DNA from: Planctomycetota bacterium
GTDB taxonomy: Bacteria > Planctomycetota > UBA11346
Assembly (NCBI GenBank): GCA_014193115.1
Contig: BJHQ01000012.1
Span: forward strand, 86,803 to 150,802
Length of the DNA stretch: 64,000 nt
Direction of reading: 5' to 3'
Position numbers and translations under genes: made by a program. The notes beneath the pieces were generated by a model that did no database searches, was not told the origin of the DNA, and saw only the letters and a program-made list of their open reading frames with translations. Shown piece by piece: positions 19,194 through 29,676 of this stretch. Each line of letters opens with the position of its first letter. The first letter of the stretch is position 1.

Positions 19194-20963
19194 ATGACCG
19201 ATGCTCCTCGCCCGCCGGGTCCTCCGGCTCTTCCTTCGGCCAACCCGGCAGCCCCTGCGAAGCAGGCGCCGACCGCGACCAAACCTGAGCCGGTGGCCGA
19301 CGACGCAGCCGCTCCTGCGGTCGGACTGACCTTCGGGCAGCATGTCTTCATCTGGTCGATGATCCTGCTGGTCGGCATCATTTTCGGCATCGGTTCAACC
19401 GTCGGCATCCTGCAACAGGGGCCGAGCTACATCGACGATCAGAAGGACATCACCGCCGCCGAGGTCACCGCCCGCCGGGTGGTCACCGACCGGCTTGAGA
19501 TCGCCCTGAACCCCAATCCCGAACGAGCCGGCCGGCTCCTGTTCCGGCGCGGCGAGCCCCAATGGGCCGCCCACATCCGGCTGGCGCGGATCGCGGCCAA
19601 GGATGGCCTGGTGCCCACCGGCGCCACCCTCGACCGCCTGGTCGCCGAGTTCCTGGCCGAAAAATCCGAGTCCGGCCGTACCTATGGGGCCGTGCTGAAG
19701 GACCAGGTCGGCAGCAAGTACGAAGTCGATCTGCTCGATCTGCGGATGTTCCTGGCCGAACGCCAGGGCGTCGATGCCCTGATGCAGCGGACTTCGTCGG
19801 TCCCGGCCGTGCCGACCGTCGCCGCCGAGCTGATGGCCGAGGAAAAAATCACCGTGGATCAGGTCGAATTGACCGCGGCCCAATTCCTCAAGCCGGTGGC
19901 GGAGGACGACCCGGAGATCGAAACCGCCTATCAGCGGCTGCGCCCGACCCGGTTCACCGCCCCCGCCGCCGCCGACCTGAAGGTGGCCTTTGCCGACATC
20001 AATGTCCTGCGTTCCAAGCTGGTGAATGGTCTGACCGAAGCCGACCTGAAGGCCTGGTATGACAGCCATCCCGGAGCGATCACCCGCCCCAAGGCCGATA
20101 AGCCGACCGAGACCGAGCCCGTCCCGTTCGCCGAGGCCAAGGACCAGGTCCGCGACAAGCTGTCCCGGGAACGGGCCGTCCCCGAGGCGTTGAAGCTGGT
20201 GTCGGCGTTCAACGAAATCGTCTCTGCCGACGGCCTGACCGAGAAGGATTCCGCAGCATTTTCAGCGGCCGCCGAGAAAGCCGGCTTGAAGGTCCAGACC
20301 CATACCATCGCCGAACAGACCGATGGCAAAGCCTACGCCTTGGGCGACCTAGGCTCGGTCCATGACCTGGTCGGCTTCTTCAATCGCAGCCAGGCGCCGG
20401 GGCTGATCACCAACCTGATCCACACCGAAGGCGCGGAGAGCAACGCGGTGATCATCCGCCTGGAAGCCCGCCGCGAATCCGGATTCAAGCTCCTGGCCGA
20501 GGTCAAACCCCAGGTCCGCGAATGGCTGGCCGGCCGGCGGGCGTGGAAGGACCTGCTCGCCGCTGCCGAGGTCGCCCGGGTGGCTGCGGCCAAGACCGGT
20601 CTGGCCGCTTGGGCCGCGGCTCCCGAGCAGGCCGTCTGGAAAACCACGGTGAAATCCGAACCCTCCCGGCCGACCCGCAAAATTCAGGCGCCACCGGCGG
20701 AGTCCGACGGACCACCTGGCGAGAGCCAGCCCGTCGCCGCCCTGGCCCTGCCCGGCCGGCCGGTGGCCCTCGACCGGATGGAACCCGCCAAGGGCAGCGA
20801 TCTGCCCAGGGTACGCCTGGTCCAGGTGGCCAAGGTCGAACCGGGTCCGGCCCAGACCGCGGAGAATTCCAAATACATGGTCGAGTACTATCGCTACTTG
20901 CTCCGCGGGTACCTGAACGACCTCGCCCAGGAACGCCTGCGCGACCGCATGGGCGGACGCTGA
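19194..20963 (+). CDS. membrane-anchored periplasmic protein, PpiD-like chaperone with degenerate parvulin domain (tentative)
   Basis: An N-terminal Pro/Ala-rich tail, one TM (HVFIWSMILLVGIIFGIGSTVGIL), a long periplasmic region and a weak parvulin-like segment (ALGDLGSV...). Confidence 0.4.
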   Translation: MTDAPRPPGPPALPSANPAAPAKQAPTATKPEPVADDAAAPAVGLTFGQHVFIWSMILLVGIIFGIGSTVGILQQGPSYIDDQKDITAAEVTARRVVTDRLEIALNPNPERAGRLLFRRGEPQWAAHIRLARIAAKDGLVPTGATLDRLVAEFLAEKSESGRTYGAVLKDQVGSKYEVDLLDLRMFLAERQGVDALMQRTSSVPAVPTVAAELMAEEKITVDQVELTAAQFLKPVAEDDPEIETAYQRLRPTRFTAPAAADLKVAFADINVLRSKLVNGLTEADLKAWYDSHPGAITRPKADKPTETEPVPFAEAKDQVRDKLSRERAVPEALKLVSAFNEIVSADGLTEKDSAAFSAAAEKAGLKVQTHTIAEQTDGKAYALGDLGSVHDLVGFFNRSQAPGLITNLIHTEGAESNAVIIRLEARRESGFKLLAEVKPQVREWLAGRRAWKDLLAAAEVARVAAAKTGLAAWAAAPEQAVWKTTVKSEPSRPTRKIQAPPAESDGPPGESQPVAALALPGRPVALDRMEPAKGSDLPRVRLVQVAKVEPGPAQTAENSKYMVEYYRYLLRGYLNDLAQERLRDRMGGR

Positions 20964-20967
20964 TCGC

Positions 20968-21865
20968 CATGGATGCGATCACCACCACCAACCTCGCCGG
21001 GCTCGAACTGGTCGCCCGCGGCAAGGTCCGGGATGTCTATTCCGTCGACGCGGATCTCCTGCTCTTCGTCGCCACCGATCGGATCAGCGCCTTCGACGTG
21101 GTCATGACCAATGGCATTCCGGGCAAAGGTGTCATCCTCACCGCGCTCAGCCGGTTCTGGTTCGACCTGTTGCAGGATCTCTGTCCGAACCATTTGGTGA
21201 CCACCGACCTGGCGGCGATGCCAGCCACTGTCCAGCGCCACGGCGCGATCCTGGCCGGGCGGAGCATGCTGGTGCGCCGCCTGGCGATCCTGCCGGTGGA
21301 GGCCATCGTCCGCGGTTACCTGGCCGGTACGGGCTGGAAGGAATACCGCGAGAACCGCACCGTCTGCCGCCTGCCCCTGCCTCAAGGATTGCAGGAGAGC
21401 AGCCGTCTGCCCGAGCCGATCTATACGCCTTCGACCAAGGCCGAAGCCGGCCGCCACGACCAGAACATCCATCCGGAGCAGGCGGCGCGGCTGCTCGGAC
21501 CCCACGCCGGCGCGGTGCGCAACCTGTCGCTGGCGCTCTATGGCAAAGCCCGCGACCACGCCAGATCGAAGGGCCTGATCATCGCCGACACCAAGTTCGA
21601 GTTCGGTGTCGATCCGGCCGGACAGGTGGTGCTGGCCGACGAAGTACTGACTCCGGACAGCAGCCGGTTCTGGCCGCTGCACGGGTATGCCCCCGGACGC
21701 GCCCAGGACTCCTTCGACAAGCAGTATGTGCGTGACTACCTGGAACGCATCCAATTCAACAAGGATGGTCCCGGGATCGTGCTGCCCGACGAGGTGGTCC
21801 AGCGGACCCTCGACAAATATCGCGAGGCTTTCCGGCTGCTGACCGGACACGACGCGCCGGCCTGA
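20968..21865 (+). CDS. purC: phosphoribosylaminoimidazole-succinocarboxamide synthase
   Basis: Full-length SAICAR synthetase similarity (LVARGKVRDVYSVD..., ADTKFEFG). Confidence 0.9.
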
Positions 21866-21954
21866 GCGTCAAACCGGATTCCTCCAGGAATCTACAAAAC
21901 AACGGCCGAGCGGGTGTTCCCCGCTCGGCCGTTTCCCTTCAAACCGTCGCTGAT

Positions 21955-23343
21955 TCAGGGAGCCAGGTTCACGTAGAACGACCAGAAGTCGTATTCCACC
22001 TGATCGGCATAGGGAATGGCGATGGATCGGACCTTCGACCGGAAGGCATCGTGGTTGCCGTTGATCCGGTTGTAAACTTGCTGATCGAAATCGTAGGGGA
22101 CGTTGGTGGCATTGGCATCCAGGTCGGCGCGGCAGTGGGCGGTAGCGAGGATCGCACCCCATTGCTCGGCCATCTTGGTCACTTTGTCGAAGGTGGTCAG
22201 GGTGGTGGTGTCGATGTCATCCTTGGTCGGCGAGCGTTCCTTGACGCTGTAGGCCTGCCCCGACACGGTCATCCAGCCGAGGTAATCATCGACGTAATTA
22301 CCCAGCGCTTTGGCGGCGGTGACCACCCGCTTGGCGTGGTTGCTGCCGGCCGCGGTGTTGGTGGCGGTGACCGACGAGGCGCTCAGGTTCAGGTAGGCGC
22401 TCGGGGCTGATTGCGCTTTCACGTCCAGGATCACATCATCGTCCTGACCGGTGGTCGGGCCTTCGATCAGCACATAATAGCGGGTGGTGCCGAGTGAGCC
22501 GACCCCGGCGTGCAGCCGTTGGGCGACGCTCTTCACTGCGAATTTGCTGGCCGAATAGGAGATCCCGCCGGACAGCGTGGCGCCATAGCTCGCGATCTGG
22601 GCGGTGATCGCCGAAGCGACGGCGCCGCTGACCGCCGCCAGGTCGCTGTTGATCGCCGGATTCAGGTAGCGGATGCCGCTGCCGTTCTTGGAGGTCCATT
22701 TGTCCAGCATCTGCTTGCGGGTTTTGCCTTCGGCCGAGATCAGTAGGTCGTCGAGTTGGCCATAGGTGTTGGACTTGGTGTAGGTTGCCGTGGTTTCGCT
22801 GCTGTTTCCACGACGGGCTTCGACGGTATCAAGATACCATTCGGTGAAGCTGTCGACGACGTTGTTTTCGTCGGTGGCCGAGAAACCGCCATTGTCGCGC
22901 ATGATCAGGACCAGCGACACCGCCGCCCGCCACACGTCGAGCTGGTAATCGCCGAGCACCGCTTCGTCGAAGTCGTTTGCGTCATAGACGACTTTGTTCT
23001 GGTCGTTGGTGAACGATCCGAAATTGCTCGCGTGCATGTCGCCTTGCAGCCAGATCCGGGTGGCCGCGACATTGCCATAGGTCGACAGCTGCGACGAGGT
23101 GCCGTAGTCCTTCCAATACAGGTGGTTGCTGCCGCGATAGAACGCAAAGAAACCCGCTTCCATCAGCGTGTATTTCTCGGTGCGCAGGGCGCTGGTGAGA
23201 GCAGCGTTCTTGGCGTTCAGCTCAGCGACCACGTAGGCGGTGCGGTCGGCGGCGCCGAGCGGAGCGAGGGAAGCGAGACCGATGGCGCCGAAGGCGGCGA
23301 GAATCCATCCGAGGTCGGAGAACGATGCGCGGGGCAGGGCCAT
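21955..23343 (-). CDS. DUF2252-family secreted protein (tentative)
   Basis: Signal peptide plus FYRG...DxH.SNFG-type motifs reminiscent of DUF2252. 463 aa from Met34. Confidence 0.45.
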   Translation of the reverse strand: MALPRASFSDLGWILAAFGAIGLASLAPLGAADRTAYVVAELNAKNAALTSALRTEKYTLMEAGFFAFYRGSNHLYWKDYGTSSQLSTYGNVAATRIWLQGDMHASNFGSFTNDQNKVVYDANDFDEAVLGDYQLDVWRAAVSLVLIMRDNGGFSATDENNVVDSFTEWYLDTVEARRGNSSETTATYTKSNTYGQLDDLLISAEGKTRKQMLDKWTSKNGSGIRYLNPAINSDLAAVSGAVASAITAQIASYGATLSGGISYSASKFAVKSVAQRLHAGVGSLGTTRYYVLIEGPTTGQDDDVILDVKAQSAPSAYLNLSASSVTATNTAAGSNHAKRVVTAAKALGNYVDDYLGWMTVSGQAYSVKERSPTKDDIDTTTLTTFDKVTKMAEQWGAILATAHCRADLDANATNVPYDFDQQVYNRINGNHDAFRSKVRSIAIPYADQVEYDFWSFYVNLAP

Positions 23344-23627
23344 GGGCTGGTTCCTGGGCAGGGGTGTTGGGGCGGAGCATGGGTCAGCTCCGGGCAAATC
23401 AAGAATTTTTTTACTCAAACAAATACCCATATTGTCCAGCAAGGGTCAGGATGGTCCGATTTTTTCCGTCGGCGACCATGTGACCACGATGGCTGGTTCA
23501 CCGATAGCAAACCCATAAACGCACTCTTCCTGATACATTTTCCTTCGATAACGATGACTGGGATGAGGCTGGCAGGGTGTTTGGTATTTTACTGGCCATG
23601 TTTAGGTCTAATGATAGATTCGCTGGC

Positions 23628-23936
23628 ATGAGCGAATTGCCTGAACCACTTGAGCACCGCGGCCGCGGGCGCCCAGCCAAGGCCAATCCCCGCAACCAGA
23701 TGATCAAAGTCGCCTTCAGCGATGAGGAATACCGTTGGGTCGTCGAACGCGCAGGGAGCCACGACCTGAGTTTGTCCGATTATTGCCGACGCAAAGTCCT
23801 CGGCCGCACCGTGCCCTTCAGCGACGGGGGAGCTGCGGTGGCCAGTGCAGATTTCACCGAGGCCCTGTCCCGCCTGGAACCACGTGAACCGGACCAGGGA
23901 GCGCCGGGCAGCGAACGGTTCACCAAACCGAGCTGA
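23628..23936 (+). CDS. MobC-like ribbon-helix-helix protein, paralog 1
   Basis: GRGRPAKANPRNQMIKVAFSDEEYRWVVERAGSHDLSLSDYCRRKVLGR matches the MobC-family RHH consensus (basic arm, 'vRLt.eE', 'glS.SeyiRr..lg'). Confidence 0.5.
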   Translation: MSELPEPLEHRGRGRPAKANPRNQMIKVAFSDEEYRWVVERAGSHDLSLSDYCRRKVLGRTVPFSDGGAAVASADFTEALSRLEPREPDQGAPGSERFTKPS

Positions 23937-24104
23937 GTCTGGAACAGCGGACGACCAACGACGACCTCATCGACAACTGGCGCATGGGCAAAGGAAGTTC
24001 CTGGCTGCTCCGCACGCAGCTCGGCGCTTCGCTGTTTCGGCGACTGCCCATGAGGTCGATGGTCGCCAGTGGTCTTCGCCGTCATCGATAATACCCTCAG
24101 CAGA

Positions 24105-24416
24105 ATGCATGAGCAGCCCGAGGTGGAGCCGCGCGGACGTGGTGGCCGACCGGCCAAAGCCCACCCCCGCAACCTGATGATCAAAGTTGCCTTCAGTGAT
24201 GAAGAACATCGCTGGGTCGTCGAACGCGCCGCGGCCCACGACCTGAGCCTGTCGGACTATTGCCGGCGCAAGGTGCTTGGCCGGACGGTACCCTTCGGCG
24301 AAACCTCGGGCAAAGCGAGCGGCGATTTCAGCGAGACCTTGGCCCGCATGGAAGGTTCGTCATCGGCCCGCGACGCAAGCGAACCCGCCGACAAACGGCC
24401 TGCCAATCCCGGCTGA
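24105..24416 (+). CDS. MobC-like ribbon-helix-helix protein, paralog 2
   Basis: About 75% identical to paralog 1 over the RHH core, 480 bp downstream. Confidence 0.5.
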   Translation: MHEQPEVEPRGRGGRPAKAHPRNLMIKVAFSDEEHRWVVERAAAHDLSLSDYCRRKVLGRTVPFGETSGKASGDFSETLARMEGSSSARDASEPADKRPANPG

Positions 24417-24418
24417 GC

Positions 24419-25162
24419 TCACCGCTTTACGTTGGCGAACACCTGGTTTTGCGGCTGGTTTTTGGGCTTGGGAGGGAAGATCTTGTCGCGTACTGCTGGG
24501 CGCAATCTGACCCTGACCGGTGTGCTGGCGGGAATCCGTTCGGTGACTCCGATGACTTCAAGAGCGTCGAGCACCGCTGGCGAGCATCCAAGCTCCGCCA
24601 CTGATTTTCCTGCCTCATCCCGCCCGAGCCGGACGACGGCTGCATCGCCGGCCTCGATCCCGGCAGGGTCGAGAACGATCCGCTCGGTGGATGCCTGCCA
24701 GGCCTGCTGGCCGAGCTTCGGTCCGGCCAGGATCCACTGCCCGACCTGGTGATTGACGAACGGCGGCGGTGGGATCGGAATCGGATCAGCCGCGCTGGGC
24801 AGGCCATAGGCGACTCGGCGTTCCGCAGTCGCCGCCTGGGCGGTGCGGTGCAACCCCCAGAACCACCAGCCGAAGGCACCGGCCACAGCCAGAGCGCCGA
24901 GCATCGCACCGTCGAAGAACACCAATCGCACCACCAGCCAGCCGACGAGCATGCCGGCGAACCACGCCCAGGCCGCGGCGAAGGCGAAGAACCACATGAT
25001 TCCCCGCTGATTTTCGTTGTGGACGACGACCGCCTCGACAAAGGACCAGGTCGTGGCCGGGGCGCTCGGCGCGGGCGCCACCATCGGCATGATTGCGACG
25101 GGCTTGGCGCGGTTCGGCTTGGGCGTCCCCTCGTCGATCTCGAATTCGCTGGCATCGGGCAT
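24419..25162 (-). CDS. hypothetical membrane protein (3 predicted TM helices)
   Basis: Hydrophobic segments MWFFAFAAAWAWFAGMLVGWLVV and AMLGALAVAGAFGWWFWG. Start uncertain: the ORF extends to 25258. Confidence 0.4.
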   Translation of the reverse strand: MPDASEFEIDEGTPKPNRAKPVAIMPMVAPAPSAPATTWSFVEAVVVHNENQRGIMWFFAFAAAWAWFAGMLVGWLVVRLVFFDGAMLGALAVAGAFGWWFWGLHRTAQAATAERRVAYGLPSAADPIPIPPPPFVNHQVGQWILAGPKLGQQAWQASTERIVLDPAGIEAGDAAVVRLGRDEAGKSVAELGCSPAVLDALEVIGVTERIPASTPVRVRLRPAVRDKIFPPKPKNQPQNQVFANVKR

Positions 25163-25388
25163 CGCTGGACGCTGGCGCGCAGCACGCGGTCGGCAAGCCG
25201 GCGAACGGCTCCAGCGATCAGGGTGACCCAGAGCGAATCCTGCGCTTCCAATCTGCATTCAGTTCAGTCCTGACACAGCGAAGCCAGGATCGCCACGGGG
25301 GCGTCCTGGCTTCGCTGGTCGGGATCAGCGCGCCGGCAATGGCGCGCTGGGTTTATGCGATCGCTTGGCTTAGGCCAATTTGCCTAGT

Positions 25389-25841
25389 TCAGGCGAACGC
25401 TTTGATGATCGCGCCAATGGCCTTCCGCTTGGAAGTATCGGCATTCGCGACGAGCAGGGCCAGATCGTCGGACAGGATGTTCTGGGCCGCCTCGATGGCG
25501 TTCCGGATCGTTTCGAGAGCGGCCGCGACGTCGCCGCCGGCGCTCTTGCGCGGCTTCCGGCCGGGCTTCGCCTTGCGTCCCGGACCGCGGGTGCCTTTGG
25601 CTTTTGCAGCCTTGGGCTTGGAGGCGGAATCGCGGCTGGCGGTAGCCAGGGCCTTCAGATCCTCGACGCTCTTGTCCAGGAAAGCAGCGTACTTTCCGAT
25701 CGAACGGGCATTGGGCACCGAGGCGCCATTGACCACCTTGCGGAAGCTGGGCTGGGCGACGCCGAGCTTCTCGGCGGCTTGGGCGATCGACAAGCCTTCG
25801 GCTGCGAGTTTGTCGGTGAGGAGGCTGGACAGGGAGGACAT
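25389..25841 (-). CDS. XRE-family helix-turn-helix DNA-binding protein with Lys/Pro-rich basic tail
   Basis: Cro/C1-type HTH (LSIAQAAEKLGVAQPSFRKVVNG) followed by a KPKAAKAKGTRGPGRKAKPGRKPRK histone-H1-like segment. Confidence 0.6.
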   Translation of the reverse strand: MSSLSSLLTDKLAAEGLSIAQAAEKLGVAQPSFRKVVNGASVPNARSIGKYAAFLDKSVEDLKALATASRDSASKPKAAKAKGTRGPGRKAKPGRKPRKSAGGDVAAALETIRNAIEAAQNILSDDLALLVANADTSKRKAIGAIIKAFA

Positions 25842-25920
25842 GCTGGTTCCTTCGTGCGGAATGACCGCGGATGGTGCGGCGGTTTGCCGCGGAAAGTTCC
25901 CGGCGGGCGGGTGCCCAGCT

Positions 25921-25980
25921 CGGAAATAACTTGGTTAGGTCGAACCATACATCCGAACTTATGGTCCACAACTTATTTCC
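25921..25980. promoter_or_regulatory. low-GC putative operator/promoter: inverted repeat GGAAATAACTTGG...CCACAACTTATTTCC with three AACTT(A/G)T half-sites
   Basis: Seen directly upstream of the XRE regulator gene. It marks one island boundary. Confidence 0.25.
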
Positions 25981-26158
25981 TTGCTGCCTCGACAACCGTC
26001 GCCGGGAATGTTGCATCGTGATGATCAGGAAGGGACAGAACAGGAATTGGCGGAACGACCCGCGCTCGGCCGGATGGAACTATCGGCTGGTTGGAACTTC
26101 GCCCCGGGCGGACGGTCGGCGTGCTGGCGGCCAGGCCTGCGGCAGCCATCATGCGCCC

Positions 26159-26665
26159 ATGTCCTGGCGTCCGATGCTCCTCAGCCTGGCCCTGACTTCG
26201 GCGCTGCTCGCCGGTGATCCGTCGATTCCGCTGATCATTCCGGGAACGAGCTGCGAAATCGCACTTCCATCCGGCTGGGTTCCGGCCGCTGACCCGGGCG
26301 GGACAGCGCTGGTGCTCATCCGCCGCGACGCCTCCGCCAAGCTCAGCCTGGTCGCCGGACGCCTGCTGGTCGGCGAGGATCTCGAAGCCTTCAACCGGCG
26401 CTGCCAGGATGATCTGGCCCGCCTGCTCCCCGGTTTTGCGGCGATCGCTCCGGGCGGCGTCGTGCTCGGCGGCCATCCCTGGAGACGGCTCGATTATCGG
26501 TTCGGCCTGGGACAGCAGACGATCGAACAGCGCCAGTACATCGCCGTGGTCGATGGGATCGGACTGGTCGGCACCTGCGCCGGCCGAAGCGGGACGACCG
26601 CTGATGCGATCGAAGATCTGCTCGGCAGCATCGGCGGAAGCCGGCCTTCGTTGATCCGGCGCTGA
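26159..26665 (+). CDS. hypothetical secreted protein
   Basis: Signal peptide [19 protein letters not shown]. No recognisable family. Confidence 0.35.
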   Translation: MSWRPMLLSLALTSALLAGDPSIPLIIPGTSCEIALPSGWVPAADPGGTALVLIRRDASAKLSLVAGRLLVGEDLEAFNRRCQDDLARLLPGFAAIAPGGVVLGGHPWRRLDYRFGLGQQTIEQRQYIAVVDGIGLVGTCAGRSGTTADAIEDLLGSIGGSRPSLIRR

Positions 26666-26667
26666 CC

Positions 26668-28902
26668 ATGGCCATCGATCCGTTCCACGGGATGAATCCC
26701 GAACAGCGTGAAGCAATCGCCCATCTCGATGGTCCGCTGTTGGTGGTGGCCGGCGCGGGATCAGGGAAAACCCGGGTCATCACCCACCGCATCGTCCATA
26801 TCATCCAATCCAAAGGGATCCGTCCCGACCGGGTCCTGGCGATCACCTTCACCAACAAGGCCGCGGGAGAGATGAAGGAGCGGATCGAACGGCTGGTGCA
26901 TCTCAAGACGCCGTGGATCACCACCTTCCACTCCGCTGGGCTGCGCATGCTCAAGATCGAACGGGCGCGGCTGGGTTTCGCCAACGAGTTCACCATCGCC
27001 GATCCCGACGACCAGCTCCGCCGCTGGCGCAAGATCGTCGAGGAGAAGCAATGGGACCCGAAAGAGTTCGAACCGCGCCGGGTCCAGGAGCTGGTCTCGA
27101 AATGGAAGAACGATCTGGTCGACGTCGACAAGCTCGACAGCGACGATCCGTTCCGCATGGGCTGCAAGGAGCTGTTCCTGATCTACCGCGAGCGCAACCG
27201 CCAGGAATGCGTCCTCGATTTCGACGACCTGCTGTGCGAGCCGGTTCGGCTGCTCGAAAGCGATGCCGAACTGCGCGAGAAATGGGTGGCGCGGTTCCCG
27301 TACATCCTGATCGACGAGTTCCAGGACACCAATCCGGTGCAATACCGCTTGATCCGGCTGCTCGGCGTCCACCGCAATGTCTGCGCCACCGGCGATCCCG
27401 ACCAGGCGATCTACGGCTGGCGCGGCGCCGACCTCAAGAACATCCTGCAGTTTGAAAAAGATTACTCGCCGTGCCGCAAGGTCCTGCTCGAAACCAACTA
27501 CCGCTCGACCAAGCTGATCCTGCGCGCCGCCCAGGCGGTGGTCGAACGCAACACGGCGCGGATCGACAAAGTCATCCGCACCGACAACAGCGAAGGCGCC
27601 CCGATCGTCCAGCTCGCGGTCGATGACGAGATCGACGAGTCGTGGGCGGTGGCGGCGGCGGTCGACCGGATGCGCAGCGAAGGCCGGCCGCTGAAGGACA
27701 TCGCCGTGTTCTATCGCATCGGCCGGCTGTCGCGGGTGCTCGAAGATGGTCTGCGCCGGCGCGACATTCCCTACCACATCGTCGGCGACGTGCGGTTCTA
27801 TGATCGCCAGGAGATCAAGGATCTGCTGAGCTATCTGAAACTGCTGATCAATCCCGCCGACCGGCTGAGCTTCGCACGGATGAGCCAGGTGCCCAAGCGC
27901 GGGGTCGGCGACCGCTCGCTGGAACTGCTCTACGAGGTCGCCGACGAGGCCGAAGCAACCGCCTGCGCCGTGCTCGAGCGCGACGACCTGCTGGAGCGGT
28001 GCGCGGTCGGCCGCCTCGGCGCCGGATTGCGCGAGCTGTCGCGGATTTGGCGCACGATCCGCAACCTGCCGCTGGGCGATCCGGTGGCCTGCGTGAAAGG
28101 CGTGATCGAGGCCAGCGGGATCGAACCGTGGTATGCCGACCACGATCCCGAGAAGGCCCAGGACCGCATCGCCAACATCCGCGAGCTGGCCAGCGCCGCC
28201 GAGGCCTATCGCGAGGCCCATGCCGACCAGGGCCTCTCCGGATTCCTCGACCACGTCGCGCTGGTGACCAGCGCCGACACCGAGGCCGCCGACCGCGACC
28301 AGCTCCGCCTGATGACCATCCACGCCGCCAAAGGCCTGGAGTTCCCCATCGTTTTCATCGTCGGACTCGAACAGGAGGTGTTCCCGCTCGCTCGCGGCCG
28401 GGTCATCCAGGACCTGGAGGAGGAACGTCGGTTGATGTACGTCGGCATCACCCGCGCGAAAGAACTGCTCTATCTGTCATGGGCCAAGACCCGCAGCCTG
28501 TACGGCGAGACCAAACGCAACGAACCGAGCCAGTTCCTGGCCGAGATCCCCGCCGTCTGTTTGCGGCAGCGCGATGTCAGCGGACGACGCCAGGCGCCCG
28601 CGCCAGGCCCGCGTCCCGGCATGTTCCAGCGGTCGCCGCCACCGACACGCCCCAGCCGGCCGCCAAGCGGCGCAGCCCCGGACGTTCCGCAGGATGGACC
28701 GGACCCCGCTCCACCCGATGGGAGCACCACGACGTTCAGCGCCGGCGATCTGATCATCCACCAGGCCTTCGGTCGCGGACGGATCCTCGGCCACAAGAAC
28801 TCCGGCGCCGAACGGGTGCTGGTGGTCCACTTCGACCAGCACGGCATGAAGCAGCTCAATCCTGGCCTGGCCGCGGCCCGGATGCGACTGGTCGACGAGT
28901 GA
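26668..28902 (+). CDS. ATP-dependent DNA helicase UvrD/PcrA family
   Basis: Walker A (AGAGSGKT), UvrD motifs throughout, a Pro-rich linker and a C-terminal UvrD/PcrA tudor-like domain. Confidence 0.9.
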   Translation: MAIDPFHGMNPEQREAIAHLDGPLLVVAGAGSGKTRVITHRIVHIIQSKGIRPDRVLAITFTNKAAGEMKERIERLVHLKTPWITTFHSAGLRMLKIERARLGFANEFTIADPDDQLRRWRKIVEEKQWDPKEFEPRRVQELVSKWKNDLVDVDKLDSDDPFRMGCKELFLIYRERNRQECVLDFDDLLCEPVRLLESDAELREKWVARFPYILIDEFQDTNPVQYRLIRLLGVHRNVCATGDPDQAIYGWRGADLKNILQFEKDYSPCRKVLLETNYRSTKLILRAAQAVVERNTARIDKVIRTDNSEGAPIVQLAVDDEIDESWAVAAAVDRMRSEGRPLKDIAVFYRIGRLSRVLEDGLRRRDIPYHIVGDVRFYDRQEIKDLLSYLKLLINPADRLSFARMSQVPKRGVGDRSLELLYEVADEAEATACAVLERDDLLERCAVGRLGAGLRELSRIWRTIRNLPLGDPVACVKGVIEASGIEPWYADHDPEKAQDRIANIRELASAAEAYREAHADQGLSGFLDHVALVTSADTEAADRDQLRLMTIHAAKGLEFPIVFIVGLEQEVFPLARGRVIQDLEEERRLMYVGITRAKELLYLSWAKTRSLYGETKRNEPSQFLAEIPAVCLRQRDVSGRRQAPAPGPRPGMFQRSPPPTRPSRPPSGAAPDVPQDGPDPAPPDGSTTTFSAGDLIIHQAFGRGRILGHKNSGAERVLVVHFDQHGMKQLNPGLAAARMRLVDE

Positions 28903-29004
28903 CCGCGGGCGAACGGTCGAGCACCGCCGATCCGCCATCGCCGCCGCCACGCTCGCGTGGTAGACTGACCTGGCGAGCATCGCCATCCAACCGAGGAGCC
29001 TGCC

Positions 29005-29676
29005 ATGGAACTCACCAAGACCGAGAAAAACGCCTGGCGGATGTTCCGCATCATGGGCGAGTTCGTCGATGGCTTCCAAACCCTCACCGAGTTCCCCCGG
29101 GCGATCACGATCTTCGGATCAGCCCGGACCAAGCCGGATTCGCCCTATTACCAGGCGGCGGTGAAGATCGCCGAACTGGCGGTGCGCCGCGGCTTTCCGG
29201 TCATCACCGGTGGCGGGCCCGGCATCATGCAGGCCGGAAACCAGGGTGCCCACGGCGCCGGCGGCCGGTCGATCGGCTTGTGCATCCAGCTGCCGATGGA
29301 GCAGTCGGGCAATCCGTACATCAACGTCAAACTCGACTTCCACTATTTCTTCGTGCGCAAGGTGATGTTCCTGAAGCACACCTGCGCGGTGGTGGTGATG
29401 CCTGGCGGGTTCGGCACCCTCGATGAGCTGTTCGAGACCATCACCCTGGTCCAGACTCGGAAGATCCCGCCGATGCCGATCCTGCTCTATGGAAAGAGCT
29501 TCTGGAAAGGCATGCTCACCTGGGCGCGCAAGACCATGGAGGTCGAACATGCCTATATCAGTCCTGGCGACCTCGACCTGATCACCGTGGTCGACTCCCC
29601 CGAAGAAGCGATGGCTGCACTGGGCGAGGTCCATCCGGAACCGCCGCATCAGGTCGGTGAGACGCCATTGGATTGA
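29005..29676 (+). CDS. LOG-family protein (cytokinin riboside 5'-monophosphate phosphoribohydrolase / TIGR00730)
   Basis: GGGPGIMQA and PGGFGTLDEL motifs. Confidence 0.8.
   Translation: MELTKTEKNAWRMFRIMGEFVDGFQTLTEFPRAITIFGSARTKPDSPYYQAAVKIAELAVRRGFPVITGGGPGIMQAGNQGAHGAGGRSIGLCIQLPMEQSGNPYINVKLDFHYFFVRKVMFLKHTCAVVVMPGGFGTLDELFETITLVQTRKIPPMPILLYGKSFWKGMLTWARKTMEVEHAYISPGDLDLITVVDSPEEAMAALGEVHPEPPHQVGETPLD

Noticed and set aside
19049-19408. N-terminal 120-aa extension of the ABC ATPase ORF.
   Set aside because: It is Gly/Ala-rich with no homology, and a good internal ATG sits directly before the conserved N-terminus. It also overlaps the divergent promoter region.
23390-25990. Looked for an integrase, relaxase, att-type direct repeats or a tRNA at the islet borders.
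   Set aside because: None was found. Only low-GC boundary segments and a short inverted repeat at 25921-25980, so the element cannot be called an intact ICE, IME or prophage.
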